A stretch of DNA of 64,000 nt from Octopus vulgaris (lineage: Eukaryota), in NCBI GenBank assembly GCA_951406725.2, contig OX597817.1, positions 496,001 through 560,000 of the forward strand, read 5' to 3'. A program made the translations under genes and the position numbers. Each line of letters begins with the position of its first letter. The stretch's first letter is position 1. The notes below the pieces were generated by a model that worked only from the letters and a program-made list of their open reading frames with translations, did no database searches and had not been told where the DNA came from. Positions 53,640 through 64,000 of the stretch are shown here, in pieces.

Positions 53640-54900
53640 TTCTAGATATCAGTGCATTGCCCTCGTCAACCATGTAATGAAGATGGCATATCTAGAACAC
53701 TCAAACCAAAAATAAAATGAGTACTCATCCACTGTAACTGCAAGATGGATTGAGGTGAAGACTGGAATTGAGGTTGAGGTAAGAACAGGGGTAAGCTGAC
53801 AAGCCAAATAGAATAACAGGATATAGAAACAGAGAGGGCCTTGGTGAGGATGATAAGGGCTAAGACAAGATAAATAGATAGTAGTAGAGAGTAAGACTGA
53901 GATAGAAATGGAGAGACTAAGCAAGCAGTAGTAGGGACTAAAAAGGAGAGGGAGTGAAATAAAGAGTAAGGTTGAATTATTTTCAATTTATCTATGTGTG
54001 CTTTATTTTTTTCGAACCATTCCTCCATATTCAGTACCCATGTTTTATTATCATACAACACTGTACCCAATACACAGGTATCTTACAAATCTGCCATTCA
54101 TTTGGAGAGAGATTACTGATGCTACGAGCAGATATAATAAACTACCTGAGCTTTTTCCAATCCATTCTTACGCTGGCTATTATGCATTCAGAACACCTCC
54201 CTCCACAGCTAATTAGGTCACCAAAGTAACAGAAAATATAAATTACTTCTGAAGAATTTTCAAACATTAAAAAGAATATATTTCATGGGTGCTCTTACTG
54301 CTCACTACCTACTCCTGCACATTTGTTATATAGTCTTTCTTTTCTTTCAGCCTACCTGTGACAGTACAGCAATTCTTTGGATACTCCAAAGGATTTCTTA
54401 CCTAATATTTTTCTGCATACATGACCACCTCTTTCATGTCATTAGATTTTTTTTTGATTTTCTTTCCTGCAAGCTAAAGTTTTCTTCTTTGCTAGGTTTC
54501 CTTTGAGGCCTCCCAATTCATGACTTTCCTTGCACATTTGGAATTTCTTCTCCAAATCCTTTGGCAGATTCAACATGCAGGTCATCAACATACAGTTCTC
54601 ATGGACAACTGGTCTTAAACTCTACTTTTATGGCTTGGAATATAATCATAAACAGGAGGGGGTCGAGAAACAAGCCTCGGATGGATACTAAATTTCTTGC
54701 TGAACTCACTGCTAACTCATCTTGCTTCTCAGCACATGATTTGCTTATCTCTCACAAACCATTCTTCTACGCCTAGTTTTCTTGGCAACCATCAAATTAC
54801 AGAACATGATACTTGGTCAAAGGGCTTCTGTAAGAAGGCCAGGTGTAGTGACATGCTCTTAACCAAGAACATCTCCTGCAGATGTCAAACCCTCTAAGAG
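53640..54900 (-). mobile_element. Highly decayed RTE LINE fragments
   Basis: Similar to 30500-31930 and 61390-61600 (e.g. VLYDNKTWVLNMEE). Confidence 0.6.
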
Positions 54901-57232
54901 AAATCAGTAGTATACCATCTTATTCTCATCATCCTTTAATGTTCGTTTTCCATGCTGGCAAGCTGCAAAACTGCACTAAATTCGTCTGATTTGGTATGGT
55001 TTTTACAGCTGGATGCCCTTCCTAATGCCAACTACTTTACAGAGTGTGCTGTAGGCTTTTACACAAAACTTTCAAAGAGAAATCAATAATTTTGTAAATG
55101 TATGTAAATAAGGCATCAAACTGCAAGAAAATTGAGCCATCATTCCTTTTCCAGGATTCTGAGTAGTGTTTAGAGCAAAAGAGCACACCAAGATGTTATA
55201 CCTATCATCCTGGAGTAAAAGAGTAGCTGGCTTCTATAATAAGTGACTTCAATATCAACAGTTAAAGACATTATAAAACAGAATAAAGTAGAAGCATTCA
55301 TTGCTGTAGCATACGTTTTTCTGTATCATGTGACTCAAACCAAAGGTCACATGATCAGGATTATTTAACAGAACTAGGAATTCAATGCAGGAGCTTGGTT
55401 TATGGAATTATTACAGCTTTTGGAGGTAAAAGACCTCATATGACTGGCTTTCCTAGAAAGAATACTTTACTTGGACTTAAATACATACCAGACTTATAAT
55501 ATCGAACAACTTTTGAGTTATACAAATGAAGAGCGATCACACAGACACAGAGACACACGTATATCTTTCTTCAACTGCTGTGCTCTGTAGCACATCAGTG
55601 TCCACATCTACTATGTTTTACAGATTCTATAGATAGTGGTTTTAGCATGCTAAATGAGAAGGGGCTATTAGGCCCTCAATTAACCCTCCTTTGTGTGCTG
55701 AAGGAAGAGTACACTGGGAATAATCCCCTGCAACCCTCTGAGGGAAGGAGAAAAGAATGAACACCAGTATTTGACTTCAGTTTTATCAACTTTCAACAGA
55801 TGAAAGGTAAAGTTGACTGTAGCAGGAGTTGAACTCTGATCACAAAGAGCAAGAACAAATAGCACATTGCATTTGCTAGATGTTATGTTCTAACAACTGT
55901 GTCAAATAATTGCCTGAGAGAGAGAGAGAGAGAGAGAGAGTTGTATGTTTACATGAGTGAAATAGTGTGAAGTGGCATAGAATGTTAATAACAAAGAGGA
56001 AGTAAAACAAATTTGTCAAATAAAAAAAAAAAAACCAGGCCAAATGAGACTAAATCATGACTAATATTTTGTAAACTACTCGGTCATCTTTTCTGTTCCT
56101 CTATCCTATTGTATCCTTCATATTCACTTTGTACCTTAACCTCATGTTTCTATTTCCAAATGAACAAACCATGTCCTCACTTCTTCAACAAGATACCTGT
56201 TCCTGTTCCTCTATCTTACTTTCTTATCCCTTAATACTATACCTCACCCAGATGACAGGCTCCTGTTTTGCAGATACTTGATGACCTCACCAAAGCTAGT
56301 GTCTCAAAAAAGCACCCAGTATACACAGTGAAGTGCATGGCATTAGGAAAGGCATCCAGCTATAGAAACCAAGTCAAGGCAAGCATTGCAGCTCAATGCA
56401 GCCATCTGGCTTAATGTTTAAGTCAAATCTTGCTCCCCCTTTTTTCTTTCCAAGTCTTGCAAGTTACATGGCAACCCCACTAGTACCGATGGCATTAAAA
56501 AATAATCAAATACACACAGTAAAATGGTTGGCGTTAAAAACAAAAACATGCCAAAGCTGACTTGGAGCACGATGCAGCTCTGTGACACACTGGATCCTGT
56601 CAAAGCGTCGAACCCATGCCAGCATGGAAAATAGACGTTAAATGATGGCACAGACATGACTTTAATTCACAACTAAATATAAGAGCACGAAACAACAAGG
56701 CGCCTCCTCTACGTGATCTCCAGATTTACTAGAAATAGCAGCTAAATTTTCTTCAAATTGTACTGTCTTAAAAATGGGATTTATACACTGGATGTCTTCC
56801 AATATACACGAAACCTAAAAAGACGAGGTTATAACGATTGAAAATGTATGTGAAGTTTGTGAGAGCGTAGACGTTTCTATCCAACCATATGTATGAGAAT
56901 CTAAAAAAGCCCAAAAACTGCGGACGCTGATGGACAGCCGTTTCCGGAATCTTGTTGAAGAGGTCTCTGAAGAGATCTGGCCAAGCAGCAGCCCTGCCTC
57001 TTGCACATAACGAAAACGGAAGGAAGAAAGAACACAAAAAAATAACTATATACTTATAGTGTTTATCAAGTGTTTATCCGTTACATACAATCCATTCCAC
57101 CAGGCGACAAAAACAAGTTGAATTTTTAATTTATTTTATGCCTGAAAGATCGCATGTAGCGATAAACGAACAGCGAAGGCGAAATCACACACACAGACAT
57201 ACACATATATACCACTAGTGTGTATGTATGTG

Positions 57233-57279
<47 letters not shown>

Positions 57280-59064
57280 TCGTGTGTGTGTGTTATAAAG
57301 TAACGCATTTTGTCTTTGGGGTTATTTATTTGGCATTTTACTGTCTGCTAAAGTTCCAAAGGTCTGCTAAAAATTACACTTGAGATTACTAGGAATTTGA
57401 TCCTACGCATGACAGAAACTAGCTCCTACCTATACAAGATAGAGTAGAGAGACGGGGGAGAAAGGACATTTTTCCTCGCCTCTAACGATGGTAACATTAG
57501 ATGACTGTGTGCGTGATGTGACATTTATACGTTTGTGAGTTAAAACGTGAGACAAGAAAATATTGTGCATAGGGTGACATGAGAAAGAAATAGTATGGGT
57601 GTGTGTATGACTCCACAGCGTGTAGGGTCAGGACAGTGGGGGGTCGGGACAGTGTATATGTGTGTCGTTTTGATATGTGAATGTGACGTGAAAAAAGCGA
57701 GGGTGTATACGACTTGCCGGTGTGTAAATTAGAGACAGACATAACAGTGTGTTTTGACCGATGTAACATGGGGAAAAGAGAGAGAGAGAGAGTATGGATA
57801 TAAACTATGACGTTTATAAGAGAGAGAGAGAGATGCATGACAGTAATTTGTGTGTGTGTATTGGTTAAAGATATGACTTTAGAAAAAAACAGCAAGTTGG
57901 TGAATGTGTGTAAAAGAGGAATGTGAAGATCGCTCGCTCTCTGACAATGTAATGTGAAAGACAAGAGAGCGATGATATTAGAAGAGAAAACCAAGGAGGA
58001 ATGAAAAGAACGTGTAATATGTGTATGGAGGAGGGTCTATAAATGCGCACACATATACTTATGATGGCATTAATGAGACACGGGCTGAACGAACAATAGT
58101 CTGTCTCAACCACTCACCTGTCTCTCCATGATTTATAGAGGAATCGTGAAGCATTGCGGTACAAATAATAACAATAATAATTGTTTCTAATTTAGGCACC
58201 ACTAAGCTAGCAATTCTAAGGAGAGGACTTGTTAACATCGACCCCACAAGTACGTGACGGGTACTTTATTTTTATCGATCCTGAAAAGGATGAAAGGCAA
58301 AGTTCACCTCGAATAATATTTTTTTGTGTCATCATGAAAACATTACAACTGATATGAAGAAGAATAAATAATACTGTGATATTCGTGCCTTCACCAAAAG
58401 TCAACAAACCGGTTCCAACAGATAATACACGAACATTAAAACTGAATAATATACATTTATGGGCGCGTATGTACGCACGCACAGTCACAAACAGGCCAAA
58501 CCTTTATATTATTGCAACCACTCTTATCTTTTAAGCATTCTTTTGTCAAATGCAGATGGTGGGGGGTGCACATTTTGAGACCCATGCAAGCAGCCCCTTT
58601 CCTTCATCCCAGGCATTCGTAAGATACCCTTACTCCCGTTCTTGCATTATTTGTTATTAAGTTTCGATTAAATCATAAAGGCCACTGAATTCACGACCTC
58701 AGTGCCACCCCAGCACTATTTTATCAATTCTCAAAAAGTAGAAAACTGAGAATTATGCAGTCGAGTAAATTAGAACTGCAGAACATCGAACTATGAAACC
58801 AAGCAGTGTACGAAGACGTGGGTTTCGGATTCGATCTGTGTTCGCGCGGTTTAAACGACATGCCGAGATTCGTTCGGTAGAGATTAATAAAATAAAGTAC
58901 CAGATTGAAACAAGCACAGGGAGTCCTGGTGAACGACTAAAACACTTGAAGGCGATGGTGCCCCAGCATGACCGGACTAATGAGTGAAACCAGTAAAAGA
59001 ATATAAATAAATGTAAAGATGTAGGTTGAATATGTTGCTTGCTTACTGACACTCTGGTAGGTAC

Positions 59065-59160
59065 ATGTATACACACACACACGTATACATGTCATGTATA
59101 CACACACACACGTATACATGTCATGTATACACACACACGTATACATGTCATGTATACATG
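59065..59160. repeat. Minisatellite of about 28-30 bp, (ATACATGTCATGTAT-ACACACAC-GT) x3
   Basis: Directly visible. Confidence 0.85.
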
Positions 59161-59775
59161 TCTGTGTTATTAGTGTCACGGGTGCATTTCTTCAGTTATG
59201 TCTCAGTCATGTGTCTCTGACAGAATATGGCAACTCAGCTTCTTAATCTTGCAGCTATCATTTGTTTTCAATCCTCTTCATCCTTTCTCTCAGCTCTTCA
59301 CACCACATCACATTTCACAACAGGAGAAACTTTCTAAGCAATCGATGAAGCGACCCTTAAACTAGAAATCGTTCCTCTCCACCAAATTACATAGAACCGC
59401 TTTTAATAATAAAAATAGATTAAATACACACGAGATGGTCATGACTGGACTCTTTTTAGATAATGAGCTTGTTTGATCAGGGTCAACCTAGAAATACTAA
59501 AAAAACTACAACAGTGAAACTAACATGAAAACGACGGAACCTCTACAGTGTCGCTCCAACGGTTAGAAATAGTAGCCAAATCTCACTCAAATCAGACCTC
59601 ACTATCTTAAATATAGAATATATTGGATAATATAGTCACCGATATAAAATAAGATAAGAAAGATAGGAGATGGTCCCGGGGCGGACGCCTTTCGCTAGAA
59701 ATGAGTTCGATAAGGGCTGGAACTAATATCAACAGAAATGGTGTGTCTGTGTATTTTCTTTAGCCATCAGACTGA

Positions 59776-59825
<50 letters not shown>

Positions 59826-59966
59826 GGATGTATAACAGTCATAAGTTGTCTGAACACAGAATGCATTCACAGGCGAAACACTGAGAGTAACACCAGATTG
59901 AAAATCGATTAAAATATTAACCTCAACTACGGTATTGAGTACATTTCTCTGACAGCACTAAACACG

Positions 59967-60004
<38 letters not shown>

Positions 60005-60469
60005 TGTGTGCCGTCACGACATACAAAATAATTCATGTTGGTTATTTCGATATATAATAATAATGACATACATAAAATATTGTGTATGCGTAAATGTATG
60101 TAGATATAGATAACAACAGCAAGTTACGAGAAAATAGGAAGGAAGGCCCCTATATATCAATATCTTCTGAAATATATATATATATACATGTATGTATGTC
60201 ATTGATATACGGACAACAAAAGACGTGGGTAGCTTTGGTGTGTGAAAGACAAGAATATAACGAAATGGATTTCATGTTGTCCATTGCCATCACTGTCATC
60301 ATTATTCTTGCTACTATTTGCTCCCAGTTCTCTTTCTAACATATTTTCTACTGTCATACTTCCCTTTTCATAAACTACTTACGCTCTACATCTATCTATC
60401 TATATATATTAGACATGTCTATGTGTTTCCCTCTGTAATAATCGTTTGTTTCAAGACAGGAGCGCTTAC

Positions 60470-60489
60470 CTTCGTCGCAACTTTGCCAT
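60470..60489 (-). CDS. Predicted micropeptide, coding exon 1 (MAKLRR, phase 2)
   Basis: Near-ideal Kozak ACCACCATGG, upstream in-frame TGA, consensus donor AAG|GTAAGC, and CpG-retaining unique surroundings. Confidence 0.6.
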
Positions 60490-61006
60490 GGTGGTAACAG
60501 CCTCGTTTTCATTCACACCTCCACACTTCACCTTTGACCCCGATTTCCCTTCAGCAGCATTTCACAAACAGACCTCTTTATTTTAGGATTCCTATTTGAT
60601 TTTCTTTCTTGTTTTCAGCTCGAAGCGATCTTGGGCTTTTAGGAGTATATGTATATATAAAACTAATAATGAAAGCGAAAGGATCCGGGCAAAATACAAA
60701 AATAACTTGGGTTTCCCTAGTAAACGAAACGAATACGTAAATTCCTAAAAAGTTGTTTAAGGCATCATATGTAAATACACCAGTTTAATATTGTGTTTGA
60801 TAAAATCTTTTCAAATTTATTTTTATAACATTTTACAGATGTTTCCAGTTATATTATAATGATAATAATAATTGTTATTATCGTTGTTCTTTTTTCTTTT
60901 GACGTTCAGAGGCTAGTTTACTTTTCTGGTAATCTTTTCTGATAAAAGTGTTTACAACTCAACCTGTAAGGAATTAATACAGTACGATTATTATTTTACT
61001 AGCATA

Positions 61007-61205
61007 AGGCGGCGAGCTGGCAGAATCGTTAGCACGCCGATCAAAATGCTTAGCGGCATTTCGTCCGTTCTTAGTTCTGAGTTGAAATTCCGTCAACATT
61101 GACTTTGCTTTTCATTCTTTCGGAGTCGATAAAATAAATATCGGTTATACACGGAGGTCGATATAATCGACTTATCCCCTCTCCCGAAATTGCTGACCTT
61201 GTGAA
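61007..61205 (+). mobile_element. tRNA-derived SINE with target duplication
   Basis: AGGCGGCGAGCTGGCAGAATCGTTAGCACGCC head; TTATTTTACTAG on both flanks. Confidence 0.88.
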
Positions 61206-61389
61206 ATCCTTATTTTACTAGTATACCCATGTCATAAAAAATGCCCACAGTTTTATTAATAATAGATAATGGCATATCAAAACAATGGGAGAAGCCATTG
61301 TTAAATGTCAGAAATCGAGTAAATATATGTATATACACAGAAATTAAGCCCTTGAAAAATTAGATACGATCATTATGTTTCGGTTGAAA

Positions 61390-62172
61390 ATATAAGAGTT
61401 CAGAGAGCTATTACCTCTGTTAGTAACGAAGGGCCTCTCTCTCAGAGTGAAATGCAGATTGTATGGTACCTGTGTACGAATATCTATGCTGCATGCTAGT
61501 GAATCATGGGCTGTGACTGCAGAGGAAAGACAAAGGCTTGGAAGAAATGAAGCCAATATGCTCAGTTGGATGGGTAATGTCAGTGTGCATATAAAACAGT
61601 AATTTGAGAGAAAAACGGGTATAAGGGGCATCAGATGTAGTGTGCAAGAGAGAAGACTGTGCTGGTATGGCTATGTGGTAATGTGTATGAATGAGGACAG
61701 TTGCATCAAGATGTCCTGAGCTCTAATTATGGAGGGAATGTGTGGAAGGGGTAGTCCCAGAAAGAAGTGGGAATAAGTAGTGAGAAAGGACCTTCAGATG
61801 ATGGGTCTTGCTGAGAGGATGATAGGGGACCAAGACTTCTAGCAGTTTGCTATGCTTGAGAAGACACATCAAGTTAAGTAAATACATGATCATCCTCCCT
61901 CTTCAGTTGAGCATTCCTAATTTTGCAGGTTGATGGGTGCAGGTACCATATAAAAAGTACCTGTGCCAGTGCTCCACAATAGCACCCATGCTGGTGCTGC
62001 ATGAAGGCACTTAGTACACTCTTCTATAAAGTGGTTAATATTAGGAAGGGCACCCAACCATAGAAACCATGCTAAAACAGACATGGAGCCCAGGTAGCTC
62101 TCCAACTGGCCAGCTCCTGTCAATCCATCCAACCTATGCCAGCAAGGAAAACAGACGTTAAATGATGATGAA
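61390..62172 (+). mobile_element. RTE LINE 3' end (post-RT coding plus 3'UTR and (GAT)n tail)
   Basis: FRELLPLLVTKGLSLRVKCRLYGTCVR..MLHASESWA, continuing into the abundant 3'UTR repeat. Confidence 0.85.
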
Positions 62173-62621
62173 GATTCATTCATTCACACATACACACTCA
62201 AACACACACACCAGTGCATGCGCACATACACACATACATACACACATATAGTATTTTTAGTTTCTGTCTACTAAATCTACTCACGAGGCCTTGGTTGGCC
62301 CTAGGATATAGTCGAAGGTACTTGCCCAAGGTACATATCCCTGCCTGTATATGTATGTGTATCTGTATGACTTAAAGGTTTGGTCGCTGCTTAGTTACAT
62401 ATTTAGGAGTTGGTTATAGATTTACGTATTGAATTTATTTACTGATACTTAGTGTTGTTGACACTGCCGGATTTAGTGGTACTGCCCAGGTGTCGAAACC
62501 ATAATGATATCTTTGGGGCAGCTGATGATGGAGGTATGTTGGATTGTTGGTATGGTTGTTTTGATATATGTGGAACTGTATTATAACACATCCTTTTGAC
62601 ATACATACACACACACACACT

Positions 62622-62655
<34 letters not shown>

Positions 62656-63265
62656 GGCAAATGAAAGACGGAAGATGGAATATACTAGAATTTCTTATCA
62701 ATCATGACAATTGTTTCAACACATCTAGCATTGATCCCCTATGGGATATATGTACATATACATTTATAATCCAAGAATGTAAAGAACAGAAAAGGTAAAT
62801 AAAGACTACATATATTTCATAGTTATTTGTTTACATAACTTTTAACATATGCAAAACCCATTTAAGCTAGCTATTTCTCAAGTCCAATTACTTTCGAGTT
62901 GTTTATATCATCATGTGGAGATGAAAAAATGATTCACCGATTTCACAAATATTGTTTAGCTGTGAACCATGTAGTCTTTGTTTATCTTTCCTATTCCTGA
63001 CATTCTCACATTTTTATTCACATATTCAGCAATTTTAGTTGTTAAGCCATGAGTTGTATATTGACCACCAGCCTATCAAAATTCCCATTGATTTCAATAT
63101 GAGACAAAATGTACAACATACAATGGTTATTAAACTCTCCTTATCATATATTGTCCACCTTTTGTCATCTATCTAAACTGTGTACATGCTTGGAACTTAC
63201 TAACTTCCTATACCAGGATCTTTCGGATCCTACTACCCTATAACTATATACATTTAAATATACTT

Positions 63266-63425
63266 TTTATTAAAGCTTCAAAAACATCAGAACACACTGC
63301 TACTCAGAGTTTCATGTTCCCATTCATCAGACAGTTAGGATCAAGACTTGATCACAACTATCCAACGAATGAGAACTTGGATTTCTGAGTCATGCTTTTT
63401 CTGATGTTTTTGCCTCTTTAATAAA
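63266..63425. repeat. Imperfect inverted repeat of about 160 bp (Penelope-like termini)
   Basis: TTTATTAAAG..AAAAACATCAGAA..ACTCAGA..GATCAAG-A-CTTGATC..TCTGAGT..TTCTGATGTTTTT..CTTTAATAAA. Confidence 0.85.
63296..63335 (-). ncRNA. Minimal type I hammerhead ribozyme motif with intact core
   Basis: 5'-ACUGU CUGAUGA AUG-GGAA-CAU GAA ACUC-U-GAGU A GCAGU-3': all core residues present, 5-bp stem I, 3-bp stem II with GNRA loop, near-palindromic stem III, GUA cleavage triplet. Confidence 0.8.
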
Positions 63426-63544
63426 GAGCTTATTATTCTACCTTCAGTATTCGAGTACTATTATTTCCACCTTGTTTTGCATTTATGTGCTTACTTGTGT
63501 GTACATTTAAATATATACATATATAACATTTATATATGTAAATA

Positions 63545-63840
63545 CTAGCTGGTATACCCAGTACTTCCCGGGAGTGAAGATGTTCTATTGAAACGCCTTA
63601 TTACTCTGATATAAGAAAGAAAGTTCATTATAACTGCCACAAAAGATGCATTTTCTGTCGCAAAAAAGTACAAAAAATTGTCAGCTGGAGGAGGGAGAGA
63701 TTGTTGGAGGTTGGCAAGAAAGTACTCTGACTCATCTTGGCATTTTAAAGGTGAACTTAATAAAGGCTAATTTATTAAAGGTAATCTATAGATGTAATAT
63801 ATATGTATATAAATATATGAATGAAGTGTTTATATATATA
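63545..63840 (-). mobile_element. Helitron-like element (3' end clear, 5' boundary approximate)
   Basis: Minus strand CCCGGGAAGTACTGGG hairpin followed by CTAG|T at 63545. Confidence 0.55.
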
Positions 63841-63849
63841 TATATATGA

Positions 63850-64000
63850 CAGATTGCTAATCACTACACATTCTTTATTTTCTCTCTTTGTTTCTTTCTG
63901 TGTTTCTTTCTGTGGAAGAGCATAGGCTCGAAACATTAAAGACTTTTTCACTTCCTGAGTGTTAAACTAATACATCTGTTTGTTGTCTTACAGCACCTGT
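63850..64000 (+). mobile_element. Penelope-like terminal repeat with variant hammerhead motif, running off the window
   Basis: TCTTT CTGTGGA A GAGC-ATAG-GCTC GAAA CA TT AAAGA at 63905-63942. Confidence 0.6.

Noticed and set aside
56900-57010. GC-richer segment as a host exon
   Set aside because: No clean splice pair; the plus-strand IWPSSSP resembles the Tc1/mariner WP.SSPDLNP motif, so probably a transposase scrap, but too short to call.

Overview
AT-rich, microsatellite- and repeat-dense eukaryotic DNA. The SINE, RTE and mariner families suggest a coleoid cephalopod (Octopus-like); this is inferred from recall, not from a search. One conserved gene is clear: the first coding exon of phosphatidylinositol 4-kinase beta (PI4KB, minus strand, 1966-2665; the rest lies left of the window). 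It has a uORF-rich leader and candidate non-coding exons and promoters at about 12.8-16.1 kb. Splice signals alone also define a candidate three-exon minus-strand gene that the ORF track misses (60489-60470, 22020-21986, 20943-20918). It spans about 42 kb, has a 1.9 kb 3'UTR without recognisable interspersed repeats, and would encode a 26-aa peptide, MAKLRRSTTDILRLTTFLGMRRHSGD, with two RRxS/T motifs. The rest is a transposon landscape: a 5'-truncated CR1-type LINE, RTE fragments, a full-length decayed mariner, MITEs (mariner, rosa/maT, hAT, Tigger, piggyBac-like), Helitrons and many tRNA-derived SINEs. Four Penelope-type minimal hammerhead ribozyme motifs are present, one with an intact core (63296-63335, minus). 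Most ORF-track entries are artefacts of microsatellites or repeats. All gene models other than the PI4KB exon are unverified predictions.
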